From IMG/VR virus record IMGVR_UViG_3300020017_000422, positions 1-30,065 of that record: DNA of 30,065 nucleotides; one strand, 5' to 3'. The notes beneath the pieces were generated by a model. The model was not told the DNA's origin. It saw nothing but the letters and a program-made list of their open reading frames with translations, and searched no databases. Positions 1-8,749 of the stretch are shown here, piece by piece. The stretch comes from a virus (Duplodnaviria > Caudoviricetes). The position numbers and the translations under genes were made by a program. Position 1 is the first letter of the stretch, and every line of letters begins with the position of its first letter.

Positions 1-21
1 AACGCTTTTGTAACTTAACTG

Positions 22-1422
22 TCATGCAACATTTTGGTTATTTGCAACAGTTTCCTTTCCTGGATTAGCAGCAGGGCTTAAAGCATTGAGGATTTCGACC
101 TGTTGCATCAGATGATCCAAGTCCATTCCCTTCAATTCTTTGAGCGCCTTGACAACATTCAGTAGGCTAGCCGTGTCTTCCTGGTGAGCTCGGCGTTTGT
201 CCTGAGCAACAGCCGAATCGGTTTGAATCTTGGCCACGCGCTCTTTGGCAAGCCCTTCCTGGCTATGGGCATAAGCCACTTTTGTCATGTTATCGATCTG
301 CATCTGCTGCATCTGTAGCTCTTCCATCTTCTGCTGTTGTTCCTGCATGCCTTTTTGCTTAGCCATGACCTTCTCTACGATGCGGTCTTTGTTTTGCAGG
401 GTCATGCATTCAAGCACTTCATCAGGAGGAATGAGGTCGGGGTAGAGCTGTTGCGCGTGCAGAATCTGAGCCAGTTCCAGTTGTTGCTGAGTCTCTGTAA
501 GGGCTGCCTGAACCACTTTACAGCCATACTTAAAGAATATTTTGCTATCAAATTCGGCTGTAGGCTCTTCGCCTATAACCTGCCTAACCTTTCCATAAGT
601 CCAATTCTTTTGAATGTATTCGACTTCGATCTCAGCGCAAAGTCTTTGGGCTTCGTCGGCCTGGTCGAAAAGTCTTTGAAGATTCCTAGCTGTAGCCGCC
701 TGCCTCATCATGGTGATGATGCCTGCCTTGTCATCGATATCCATACCCATAGCATTAGGATCGATGCCTGCTATGTTAAAGAAGATACCTTTCAGCATGT
801 CTTCCATTTGAAGCATTACGGGTGACGGGGGGACGATAGGCATGGCCTGAACGTCATCCATCTGGAACTCTGGGTCGATAGAAAGCACTCTGCCATGCCC
901 AGAGTTCAAGGCGTCGTCTGGTGTAACGAGAGCACCTTTTTTGACCTTTAGGCCTTGTTGCTGAGCATCAAGTATTTCAAGATTGGATACCTTCAAGCGG
1001 TTTAGAAGGTACTGGCAATCCCGGAGCATTGTCATCGGACTATTGAATTTGTACGCGTAGTAGGGCGAATCCATGTTGCAGAGCGACATAATAGGAACTA
1101 CGGGATAGCGATCCATGCCATATGGGTTAGGCTCGTCCACAATCACCCTGTCGTTGAGGATGATGCTTCTGCGTACCGTAGGAACGGGTTTCTTCATTAA
1201 CGCAAGCTTACCCTTGAACGCCTGCATGACTTCTTTGAGCTGCTCTTCGGTACCTGTGAATTCCTGACATTCTTCTGTCTTTTTATCGACTAGGAATTTA
1301 GCCTCTCGGCTTGTCAGGTACCAATACTCATCAAAAGCGATTAGATTGGGGAACTGAATCTGGTAAACCTCTGGCATATAATAGAACTTATCATCGCGAT
1401 AGGTACCCTTTGGTAGTGACAA
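22..1422 (-). CDS. Portal protein, C-terminal part (P22-like head-to-tail connector); same frame as 1444..2037
   Basis: Downstream of TerL; RYPVVP motif, EPNPY, Q-rich coiled-coil C-terminus typical of P22-like portals; continuous frame with the upstream fragment across a single TAA at 1444-1446. Confidence 0.8.
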   Translation of the reverse strand: MSLPKGTYRDDKFYYMPEVYQIQFPNLIAFDEYWYLTSREAKFLVDKKTEECQEFTGTEEQLKEVMQAFKGKLALMKKPVPTVRRSIILNDRVIVDEPNPYGMDRYPVVPIMSLCNMDSPYYAYKFNSPMTMLRDCQYLLNRLKVSNLEILDAQQQGLKVKKGALVTPDDALNSGHGRVLSIDPEFQMDDVQAMPIVPPSPVMLQMEDMLKGIFFNIAGIDPNAMGMDIDDKAGIITMMRQAATARNLQRLFDQADEAQRLCAEIEVEYIQKNWTYGKVRQVIGEEPTAEFDSKIFFKYGCKVVQAALTETQQQLELAQILHAQQLYPDLIPPDEVLECMTLQNKDRIVEKVMAKQKGMQEQQQKMEELQMQQMQIDNMTKVAYAHSQEGLAKERVAKIQTDSAVAQDKRRAHQEDTASLLNVVKALKELKGMDLDHLMQQVEILNALSPAANPGKETVANNQNVA

Positions 1423-1443
1423 GATCTCTTCGCCAAACTGTGG

Positions 1444-2037
1444 TTACATCAAAGCGGCTTCCTGAGCGTCGAAGAACGTCCTAACCCACCAAAAGCGCGC
1501 ATCGCTCATATCGTCTTTGCGGAAGTAAGGATCAAAAAGCGTCGCCTTCATATCGACATAACGCCATTTTGGATCTGGGCTTACGGGATCTTTGGTAGAA
1601 TCCGCGTACATGTACATGAATCCTAGGCCTTGGATTACTCCGCCTTGCTGAAAAGCATTACTAAACGTTTGGTGGAACCCGTTTTTGTGGTTGTGGTAAA
1701 GGCATTTGGTGAACTGGTCCGCTGTCTTTTGCATTCCATTATGCACGGGAATGACTGCTGAGCTCTTGCGCGTCTGTCGCTGCTGACCGCTGATAGCCTC
1801 GCTGATCGGGTTCATTATGTTGAAGTTCCATATCTTCCGGCGATAGGTTGCTACCCCTGGAAAGATCAAACCCCAAACTTCCTGATCGTTCATGGTAAAG
1901 CGCTGGTTCAAATCTGCTTGATACCATTGAGTTTGTAAGATGTTAATGCTGTCGGAATAGTTCTTTTCCATGCCCTGACGAAGAGACACGTTCAGCGAAT
2001 CTTCAGGCCAGAAAATAGGGTCGTTATTTCGCATCAT
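1444..2037 (-). CDS. Portal protein, N-terminal part (ends at an in-frame TAA)
   Basis: DQEVW..FNIMNPISEAISGQQRQTR and FDPY..DMSDARF resemble P22-like portal N-termini; reading continues PQFGEEILSLPKG after the stop. Confidence 0.75.
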   Translation of the reverse strand: MMRNNDPIFWPEDSLNVSLRQGMEKNYSDSINILQTQWYQADLNQRFTMNDQEVWGLIFPGVATYRRKIWNFNIMNPISEAISGQQRQTRKSSAVIPVHNGMQKTADQFTKCLYHNHKNGFHQTFSNAFQQGGVIQGLGFMYMYADSTKDPVSPDPKWRYVDMKATLFDPYFRKDDMSDARFWWVRTFFDAQEAALM

Positions 2038-2101
2038 TCACCATAGATCTTTATTAATCTCATCCTGTAGGATAAAATTTATAATAAGCAAGGGACTAAA
2101 G

Positions 2102-2356
2102 ATGGACTCATATTTCATTCCGCAAGACGATCTGATGGACGTCATGGAAATGACTCAGAAAATCGAAGCGCATATCCTTGCCACGATCAAAGGCAATGAT
2201 CGTAACCTAAGCATGTCGGCTATTATGAGCGCCTGCATAAACACTATGCTTGTCCAGTGCAATACCCTGGATGAGGTTTTGTTTTTCAGAAACCTTTTTG
2301 TCCAAATTCTCGATGGTTCAATAAGGTCGATAAACATTAAGCCGGCTGAGGAGTAG
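2102..2356 (+). CDS. Hypothetical protein (84 aa), opposite strand
   Basis: ATG with AAGGGA upstream; fills the gap between portal and upstream ORF. Confidence 0.55.
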   Translation: MDSYFIPQDDLMDVMEMTQKIEAHILATIKGNDRNLSMSAIMSACINTMLVQCNTLDEVLFFRNLFVQILDGSIRSINIKPAEE

Positions 2357-2840
2357 GCTTCTTAACCTTTCGCTTCTTAGGTGATTTTTTCTCGCAAACT
2401 TGCAGTTTTACCGCAATTTTACGCATTAATTTGCCCATAGAGTCGATTTTCTTGCTGTTTTCGGAGGCAAGATTTTCAATATATTCATTCATGCCCTTTA
2501 TGACGTCATTCAGTTCATCGCCTAGAGCTTTACGGTCCGCGACGGCACCGCGCGCCATACTTGCACATCCCTTAAGCTCATTAATCATGCCGTTTAGCTT
2601 ATCGACATTTTTCATGTAGTCTTCGAACTTATCGAGGGTCTTTTCTGCCAAAAAAACAGCACGAAGGCGATCTTTATCCTTTATCAAGCCATTCACCTTG
2701 TCATGAATGCTATCTAAAGTGCTTTCCATAGACTCAGAGGAAAAGAAATCTTTTGTTTCTTGAAGATATTCCTCAATTCTCACCAGCCGATCCGAAAGCC
2801 CTGCAACTGCTTTAAGAATATCTTTTTTGCTACTCCACAT
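2337..2840 (-). CDS. Hypothetical coiled-coil protein with basic C-terminus
   Basis: Start re-assigned to ATG at 2840 (TAATG coupling with upstream stop). Confidence 0.7.
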   Translation of the reverse strand: MWSSKKDILKAVAGLSDRLVRIEEYLQETKDFFSSESMESTLDSIHDKVNGLIKDKDRLRAVFLAEKTLDKFEDYMKNVDKLNGMINELKGCASMARGAVADRKALGDELNDVIKGMNEYIENLASENSKKIDSMGKLMRKIAVKLQVCEKKSPKKRKVKKPTPQPA

Positions 2841-3100
2841 TATAGCTCTCCTACCCATGCGCTTAGAAGAGCATCGAATACCGAGTTAGCTGCCGCTTCA
2901 TCGGCGAGTTCGATAAACGTTGCAGAATTGTAGAACTGAAAGGTAATCTTCTTTCCTTCAATGAACATCAAATTGACATGATCCAAGTTAATAGCCGTAG
3001 GGCGCTCGCCATTGAAGCGAAAGATTTCTCTTTTAGGTTTCGCTCGTGGGGGCACGCATGGCGCTTTGCTAGCTTCATCTAGTGGTATTTCTTCCGTCAT
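2840..3100 (-). CDS. Hypothetical protein (86 aa)
   Basis: Start MTEEIP at 3100 with GAGGAG upstream; tight operon packing. Confidence 0.65.
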   Translation of the reverse strand: MTEEIPLDEASKAPCVPPRAKPKREIFRFNGERPTAINLDHVNLMFIEGKKITFQFYNSATFIELADEAAANSVFDALLSAWVGEL

Positions 3101-3479
3101 TTTTCTCCTCAAAACATTTATCACATTTAACTTCCATCCAGCGAGTTCCCCGCATTTTTGCCAGGGCACCGCAATTTTCACACGTCTGAGACGACAAAGC
3201 CTCGGCTTCTGCGATGAGATCGGAAATTTCATCGGTCTCGCAAGACATATAGAACCGCAACGTTCCATACTTCTCTTTTACCTGCACAGCATGCATTTCA
3301 AGGCAGTCGTTGCAGGGACATTGCAAAGAGTCGCACGATTTTTTGGACGTTTCTAAAATCCTCTCGATCTTATTCGAAAGGCTATATAGAATATCATACC
3401 AGCCTGGACCGCATTCGAACGCAATACGCTTTTTGTACAAAAGGGGAAACTTATTTCTTAATGTATCCCACGGGCTCAT
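3075..3479 (-). CDS. Conserved phage hypothetical protein with CxxC motifs
   Basis: FECGPGW..QVKEKYGTLRFY..CENCG pattern familiar from phage proteins; ATGA coupling. Confidence 0.75.
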   Translation of the reverse strand: MSPWDTLRNKFPLLYKKRIAFECGPGWYDILYSLSNKIERILETSKKSCDSLQCPCNDCLEMHAVQVKEKYGTLRFYMSCETDEISDLIAEAEALSSQTCENCGALAKMRGTRWMEVKCDKCFEEKNDGRNTTR

Positions 3480-3691
3480 TTTCCTTCTCTCCGAATAGCA
3501 TCAAGGATCAGATCTGAGCGTAGTTCGTTCCAGCGCTTTCGGTATTCTTCGTAGTCTAAAAGGCTCATTGTGCCCTTTGGATCAAATAAAGGACACTCAC
3601 AGCGTCTATTGCAGTTTCCGCAAAAGCCATAGATTACGAAATATTTGGGATCGCAATAATTACACCAAGATTTCACTATGCTTTCACCCAT
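3476..3691 (-). CDS. Small Cys-rich hypothetical protein
   Basis: CNYC, CGNC, CEC; overlapping start/stop with neighbours. Confidence 0.55.
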   Translation of the reverse strand: MGESIVKSWCNYCDPKYFVIYGFCGNCNRRCECPLFDPKGTMSLLDYEEYRKRWNELRSDLILDAIRREGK

Positions 3692-3876
3692 TTTTGGCCT
3701 TTTTCATCTATGAAATGATCCTCTTCGGATCGTTCAACGGTGAACGTAAAAACAGGTTCGCCCATACCCTCGCAGAATGAAAAAGAGACAGGGAAGCTTT
3801 TAAGGTCGTCGCCCTCCCGTTCCAATAGAGATTTGATCTTGCTATTCAGCACTCTTTTACTTTTGATCAATTCCAC
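3676..3876 (-). CDS. Hypothetical protein (66 aa)
   Basis: GTG start after GAGGG; operon packing. Confidence 0.55.
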   Translation of the reverse strand: MELIKSKRVLNSKIKSLLEREGDDLKSFPVSFSFCEGMGEPVFTFTVERSEEDHFIDEKGQKWVKA

Positions 3877-4084
3877 GCTTGCCCTCTAGGTTTTGTATAG
3901 CTCTTTGCAGATACCAAATTGCTTTATTTAAATCTTCCTTAGCATCGCCCTTTTTGCCAGATCGAATGATGTATTTGACGGCATTGCCAAGATGGAAGCT
4001 TAAGCCAAAAGCCTCTATGATTTCGATGCATTCCATTTTAGAACTTTTATAGTGCGATGGGTGGTTAACGCTATCGCGGTACAT
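3857..4084 (-). CDS. DUF3310 family protein (T7 gp1.7-like nucleotide kinase family)
   Basis: VNHPSHY..ECIEII..LGNAVKYIIRSGKK..EDLNKAIWYL signature; start re-assigned to MYRDS. Confidence 0.85.
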   Translation of the reverse strand: MYRDSVNHPSHYKSSKMECIEIIEAFGLSFHLGNAVKYIIRSGKKGDAKEDLNKAIWYLQRAIQNLEGKRGIDQK

Positions 4085-4409
4085 CTTTTCTGCCGTCCTT
4101 TGGTTGAATACACGGGATAATACGTTCTTTGATGAATAAGCTTTTGATGGTGCGGTATAGCTTTCGCAAGCCTCGTTTTGTGTAGACAACAGGATGTCTC
4201 AGCCTAAATAACACTCTCTGCCGTTTAGTCATCCCAATGAGCATGAAGCCCCATGGATCTAAAAAGCGCACGCCTGTAGCGAATTTAAAACCCAATGTGG
4301 CGTGCTGAACTAGTGGTATTTGTGCATTGCCATCATTAGAAGGACGGTAGACAAAGCCTTGAGCATATCCATCATCAAACAAAAATTGATTGCCAGTCTC
4401 CTCTTTCAT
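4071..4409 (-). CDS. Hypothetical protein (112 aa)
   Basis: ATGA coupling to upstream ORF. Confidence 0.55.
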   Translation of the reverse strand: MKEETGNQFLFDDGYAQGFVYRPSNDGNAQIPLVQHATLGFKFATGVRFLDPWGFMLIGMTKRQRVLFRLRHPVVYTKRGLRKLYRTIKSLFIKERIIPCIQPKDGRKDVPR

Positions 4410-4624
4410 ATTTTTTCTTTTCCTGTCTTTTCCCCTAGCAGGGCTACAATCAAGTTCATCAGGTTTTCCTGTCTTTGCTGAGCTCTTATGATGTCTTGCA
4501 TTTGTAGTTCAAGCTGGTTGATGGCTACAAATATGTTATTACCATATTCATCTGACTCAAACATGTCGCTTAACCTCTGAATCTTGTCCGCTAGGCTATA
4601 TAGATGATTTTGTGGTGTTGTCAT
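4406..4624 (-). CDS. Hypothetical coiled-coil protein (72 aa)
   Basis: ATGA coupling on both sides. Confidence 0.65.
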   Translation of the reverse strand: MTTPQNHLYSLADKIQRLSDMFESDEYGNNIFVAINQLELQMQDIIRAQQRQENLMNLIVALLGEKTGKEKI

Positions 4625-4869
4625 CTATGCTGAACCTCACATATAACGCTCGTTAGCTCCTGAATGGAGTCTCTGATTTCCTGCGCTTTAATGCACATCA
4701 TTGCAGTATGAAAGTCTTGCGCCATAACCTTAGAAAGCTCAATAGCGTCGCTTATAGTCCAATCATCATATTTGCGTAGTATTTCATAAGCTTTGTAAAG
4801 ATAGTCGTCAGCGGTCATGCCCGCTTGTCTCATCGCGCTATCTCCATCTAGATTCACATCGTGATCCAT
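4621..4869 (-). CDS. Hypothetical protein
   Basis: GAGG RBS then ATG at 4869 just after the TerL stop. Confidence 0.65.
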   Translation of the reverse strand: MDHDVNLDGDSAMRQAGMTADDYLYKAYEILRKYDDWTISDAIELSKVMAQDFHTAMMCIKAQEIRDSIQELTSVICEVQHR

Positions 4870-5991
4870 GTTAACCTCAGTAACCATAATATTTACTTAC
4901 AGCTTTCAAATCATTATCTACACTAGTGTTGTCTTTACGCTCAAGTGCTTTCAAGCCTACAGCGAGATAACGGAATGCGTCAGCGGCATGTGAGTGCTCA
5001 TCATGCAATGGTGTGTTTTTATAACAGCCCAGGCGATCGTCCCAGACCTTTTTATATGCCTCCAAATGGCGGAATCCTTTTTCCGTCTTTGAATCGTCAA
5101 AAACACATCTTGAGAGCATTGAGCGCACTGTTTGTATACCCTCAAGCTTGTCACATTCCTTGATATCCAATACGATAAACTTACCATCGAGTAAAGGTGT
5201 AACGTGGTCAAGATATTGTGTCTTAGCTCCAGCGTCTCTTTTTCTTGCATCATGAGGGAATATGTGTCGGCCAAAACGGTATTTCTGCTTATTAAGCCAG
5301 TCGCAATAATGTGACGCGCCTTCGTCCCAATTTTCGTAATAATTGATAATTGATACATTGCCACCACGACCTACCTGAAAGCAAAATATAGCAGTAAAAT
5401 CATCCAGACCAATATCCCAGGCAGTATGCACAGGAATGGCGTCATCATAAGGCACACGGCATAAAGAACCAGTAGCCCTAAGTTTTGCAAGCTGCATGCC
5501 ATAGTAAAGGCCTTCATTAGCGCTTTCAAATGCTTCCTTTGGTGTAGATGGATACTCCTGCTTCATTGAGTCGCCTAGCATACGTTGCTTCATCTCGTAC
5601 CAGCGGCGTTGCTCCTCATCGATCTTGCGCTGCCTTTCGAGCTCTATGCGGTCTAGGTATTCGTTTGTTTCTTTGCTCACTGTGATTGACTCGCTTGGCT
5701 CTCTATAGGAGTGCTCTTCAAACCAGGGGAAAAAAAAGAAACGCTGTTGCATTGGGGACAATGCACATCCAGCCGCTGACAAACCTTCGGCTTGTCTGGC
5801 GAACTCATAGAAGTATCCCTCTCTGCCTTCCGCAGTTGACTCAATAGCAATGATCTGATCTGTAGAAACTGTATTAAGGCTGCCTGTGACGATTTCTTTA
5901 GCAACGTCAGGTGACTTAGCGCATATCTTTCCAAACTCTGAGACAAGCAGCCTTTGGTAAGTTCCTGATCGAAATCCTGTAGAGACGCGAT

Positions 5992-6056
5992 AAGAGCTTC
6001 CGTTTTCAAAAGCAAGTTCACCAGATCGGTCATTTGTTGCGCTGTTAAATGTTCGC
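5992..6056. repeat. 65-bp perfect inverted repeat, left copy
   Basis: AAGAGCTTCC...AATGTTCGC is the exact reverse complement of 6287-6351. Confidence 0.97.
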
Positions 6057-6286
6057 TTTAACCTCAATTGGGCGCAGCAGGAGCTCTACCATAAAGAATG
6101 GCATCAAATGCTAGTTCTCAAGGCTCGGCAATTAGGCGTAACCACTTACTTTTCAATAAACTTCTTGGATGAATGCTTTTGGCATGGTAATACTCATGCA
6201 GGCATCATCGCGCATAGAAAGGAAGATGCCGAGGATATCTTTAAAAAGAAGGTGAAGTACGCATATGACCGGATGCCCCAATGGAC
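6057..6286 (+). other. Inverted segment of terL (adenine-binding Q motif and Walker A)
   Basis: Plus-strand frame reads FNLNWAQQELYHKEWHQMLVLKARQLGVTT...YDRMPQWT. Confidence 0.9.
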
Positions 6287-6351
6287 GCGAACATTTAACA
6301 GCGCAACAAATGACCGATCTGGTGAACTTGCTTTTGAAAACGGAAGCTCTT
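6287..6351. repeat. 65-bp perfect inverted repeat, right copy
   Basis: GCGAACATT...GGAAGCTCTT; match ends at both flanks. Confidence 0.97.
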
Positions 6352-6512
6352 CGCCTGATTTGTTCGTAATGTAGTAGAGGTGTGTTAGGCGCCAGAGCTT
6401 ATCGTTGAGTTCCTCTTGAGTGGGAATGTATTCGTCCACGTTCTTTTTCCTTGCTTATAAATCCGGTATTCCGATACGCTCACTGCCATAACACCAAACA
6501 AAGGAATACAGC

Positions 6513-6695
6513 ATGGAAACAAAAAGCAATCGCATAACAATGACAGAAGCAGAATGGAACACCATCCATAATGATTTTAAAACCGTTATCATGGGCGCAA
6601 GGTTCCTGATGACGTGTAAAGATGATGTAGGATCTACGTTGGAGTATGTGCAGATAGTCAAAGAGGCTCAGCCTACTTCTTATGCATCTTTTTGA
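6513..6695 (+). CDS. Hypothetical protein (60 aa)
   Basis: AAGGA RBS, ATG; fills gap between terL and upstream gene. Confidence 0.45.
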   Translation: METKSNRITMTEAEWNTIHNDFKTVIMGARFLMTCKDDVGSTLEYVQIVKEAQPTSYASF

Positions 6696-6858
6696 GTGTC
6701 TCAGCTAATGCTGCACGCTTGCGCGTCTTAGGATTCTTGCTGTGTTCAGCCTTCTCAAGCTTCGCAGCAGGAATCCTTTCCCTTTTCTTGACATTAAGGC
6801 TTTCTCTAAGGGCCCCTGGCTTCTTTATAGCCCCCTGAATCCACTTCTTATCGCTCAC
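6673..6858 (-). CDS. Small lysine-rich phage protein
   Basis: KWIQGAIKKPGALR..ALAETLKK pattern recurrent in phage small basic proteins; GTG start overlapping the TerS stop. Confidence 0.7.
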   Translation of the reverse strand: MSDKKWIQGAIKKPGALRESLNVKKRERIPAAKLEKAEHSKNPKTRKRAALAETLKKMHKK

Positions 6859-7289
6859 TTAGGCACCTTCTTATTTCGCTGTACTTCGTCTAGTACCTTT
6901 TGCCTTTCTTGCTCGATGGCTCTGGCTTCGCTTTTAAGGGCGGAAGCTTTCCGAAGCTCGTTAGCATCTGCGTCATCATCTTCCCCTTCTTTGAGGTCGC
7001 GGAAGTAGATCCTTTGCCATCTTTGGCTGATGCTGTCGCGAACGTTACTGTTTTTGCTGACATACTTTAAACCTACTATCTTAAGTGCCTGCTCATAATA
7101 GGGAAGGAATTCCGGTTTTTGAATAAATGCTTTCCATTCTGCATAAATAAAACCCTTTTCTATTGTATACCATTCACTTAAATGCAAAATTGTCTTTTGG
7201 TTTTCTTTTACGTAGGCAACCATTTCTTTACCGAGCTCTATCATTTCTTTTTCAGAGAATGAGGTGCTTCTAGGTCTACCGGCTGGCAT
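6855..7289 (-). CDS. terS: Probable terminase small subunit
   Basis: MPAGRP N-terminus, 144 aa, upstream of TerL. Confidence 0.65.
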   Translation of the reverse strand: MPAGRPRSTSFSEKEMIELGKEMVAYVKENQKTILHLSEWYTIEKGFIYAEWKAFIQKPEFLPYYEQALKIVGLKYVSKNSNVRDSISQRWQRIYFRDLKEGEDDDADANELRKASALKSEARAIEQERQKVLDEVQRNKKVPK

Positions 7290-7474
7290 TATTGAATCTC
7301 CATATGCACTTTGATTTGAATAGACTCTGGATCACCATCAAAGTTCATTTTTGCTTCTGTGATGCACATGCGAATTACATCGTCATCATCTGACATTGTA
7401 TAGTTCTCATAGATCAGAAACTTCTGTCTATAAGTGCGGTGATCGTCTTTGAGTACTACGGTAAGTTCGGTCAT
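7289..7474 (-). CDS. Hypothetical protein (61 aa)
   Basis: TAATG coupling to TerS; possible leaderless start after TTGACT-18-TAGATT (7510-7481). Confidence 0.6.
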   Translation of the reverse strand: MTELTVVLKDDHRTYRQKFLIYENYTMSDDDDVIRMCITEAKMNFDGDPESIQIKVHMEIQ

Positions 7475-7541
7475 GAGCTCAATCTACGAAGTAAAAATAA
7501 ATTAAGTCAATGTCAAATGTTTCTTTTTTTCCTTCCTTTTA

Positions 7542-7570
7542 TTGACTTATATTAACTTGTGTTATACAAT
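7542..7570 (+). promoter_or_regulatory. Sigma70-type promoter
   Basis: TTGACT-17 bp-TACAAT upstream of the J-domain gene. Confidence 0.75.
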
Positions 7571-7601
7571 ATCCATCATACAATCCAAGAGGGGAAAAAT
7601 C

Positions 7602-8081
7602 ATGTTATATTTTGCAGGGCTTACAAGCGCACAGGAAATCAGGTCTCGCTACAAGGATTTAGCAAAGCAATATCATCCTGATAAGGGCGGTTGTGTTGAG
7701 ACCATGGCGGCGATCAACAATCAATATGAGCGCGTGATAGTGGGTTGCTATCAGGAAGCAGAAGACAACTTTGACTTAGGCTCTTTCGTTCGTGTAGAGC
7801 GTGAAATTATGGCAAAGACTGTGAAGGTGTCGGCTCTAACTAACGTAGAAGTGGAACTATGTGGTAGTTGGATATGGATCACCGGCAACACCTGGGAAGT
7901 GAGAGAGTTTTTGAAGTCAGAGGGTTTTAAATGGGCTAACAAAAAGAAGGCTTGGTACTGGCACAATGAGCCTATGGTGGCCAAACCTTATCGAGGAAAG
8001 ATGAGTTTAGATGAGATTCGCCAAAAACATGGTAGCGAGAGATTGCGTCAAGGTTTTAGTCAATCGCGGATGATAGCGTAA
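7602..8081 (+). CDS. J-domain (DnaJ-type) protein with C-terminal aromatic domain
   Basis: EIRSRYKDLAKQYHPDKGG with HPD motif; GAGGGG RBS before ATG 7602. Confidence 0.85.
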   Translation: MLYFAGLTSAQEIRSRYKDLAKQYHPDKGGCVETMAAINNQYERVIVGCYQEAEDNFDLGSFVRVEREIMAKTVKVSALTNVEVELCGSWIWITGNTWEVREFLKSEGFKWANKKKAWYWHNEPMVAKPYRGKMSLDEIRQKHGSERLRQGFSQSRMIA

Positions 8082-8087
8082 TTTTTT

Positions 8088-8121
8088 ACCTACATTGCTT
8101 ATGCAGTGTAGGTGTTTTTTT
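8088..8121 (+). terminator. Intrinsic terminator
   Basis: ACCTACATTGC-TTAT-GCAGTGTAGGT followed by GTTTTTTT. Confidence 0.8.
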
Positions 8122-8168
8122 ATGTGTCTATTAGTGCGAGTTAAAACAACACAAATCAATGAAAGGAC

Positions 8169-8465
8169 GTGAAAATGAACGATTTTACAAAAGCTTATAT
8201 TGAATGCATGCGATGGGCGCGCGAAGAGGATGAAGTAGATTTAACGGTATACGATCTTGAATCAATCATCGACGACTGCAATGACTTTCAAAACCTAGCG
8301 CATGATTTGATGAAAGGTTTAGACGTAAGACAATGTGGCCATGATTTCTACCTAACTAGAAATGGGCATGGCTCTGGTTTTTGGGATAGAGGTTATGACG
8401 CTCAGTTGTCCGATGCTTTATGCGCAATATGCAATGAGTTCGGCGAGTCTTATCAAGGGCTTTGA
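8169..8465 (+). CDS. Conserved phage hypothetical protein
   Basis: GHDFYLTRNGHGSGFWDR motif; AAGGA upstream. Confidence 0.7.
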   Translation: MKMNDFTKAYIECMRWAREEDEVDLTVYDLESIIDDCNDFQNLAHDLMKGLDVRQCGHDFYLTRNGHGSGFWDRGYDAQLSDALCAICNEFGESYQGL

Positions 8466-8701
8466 TCTATTTTCGCCAAGATGCACTGTTCATCGATCAC
8501 GAGGAATTTCTCCCCCTCGTGGTCTATTTCTACGCCGTAATGCTTTTCAAGATAGATGATATTACCTGGCGCGACTTTTGTTACTTCGTCGCCTATCGCT
8601 ATGACGGTATATTGGGAAGGCTTTTGATTCGTCACCAGTAAGGTTCCATGCTTGACTTCTATCGGCTTGATGATGACTCTTTTGGCTACAGGTGTGAGCA
8701 T
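8453..8701 (-). CDS. groES: GroES-like co-chaperonin
   Basis: LTPVAKRVIIKP..TVIAIG..YGVEIDHEGEKFLVIDEQCILAKI follows the Cpn10 pattern; AGGAG RBS. Confidence 0.8.
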   Translation of the reverse strand: MLTPVAKRVIIKPIEVKHGTLLVTNQKPSQYTVIAIGDEVTKVAPGNIIYLEKHYGVEIDHEGEKFLVIDEQCILAKIDQSP

Positions 8702-8749
8702 TCTTTTTGTCTCCTAAGTGACTCGTTTTTGTGAATAATTACAATACAT

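Larger units (their letters stand above)
4877..6439 (-). pseudogene. terL: Terminase large subunit, interrupted in this orientation by a 230-bp internal inversion
   Basis: N-terminus MDEY..LWRLTHLYYITNK (6439-6352, minus); Walker A LKARQLGVTT on the plus strand (6057-6286); Walker B LLVSEFG, coupling motif IESTAEG and nuclease WDIG / DAFRY on minus (4877-6056). Confidence 0.9.

Noticed and set aside
1426-1434. CTCTTCGCC near the portal stop, also at the terL junction and near 566
   Set aside because: Only 9 bp, explained by Gly-Glu-Glu codons
1444-1446. Alternative genetic code (TAA readthrough)
   Set aside because: Many intact genes end in TAA and no suppressor tRNA is visible
6058-6067. 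ORF-track start MRLK of the 396-aa terminase ORF
   Set aside because: The TTG lies in the inverted segment; it is a junction artefact, and the real start is GTG at 6439
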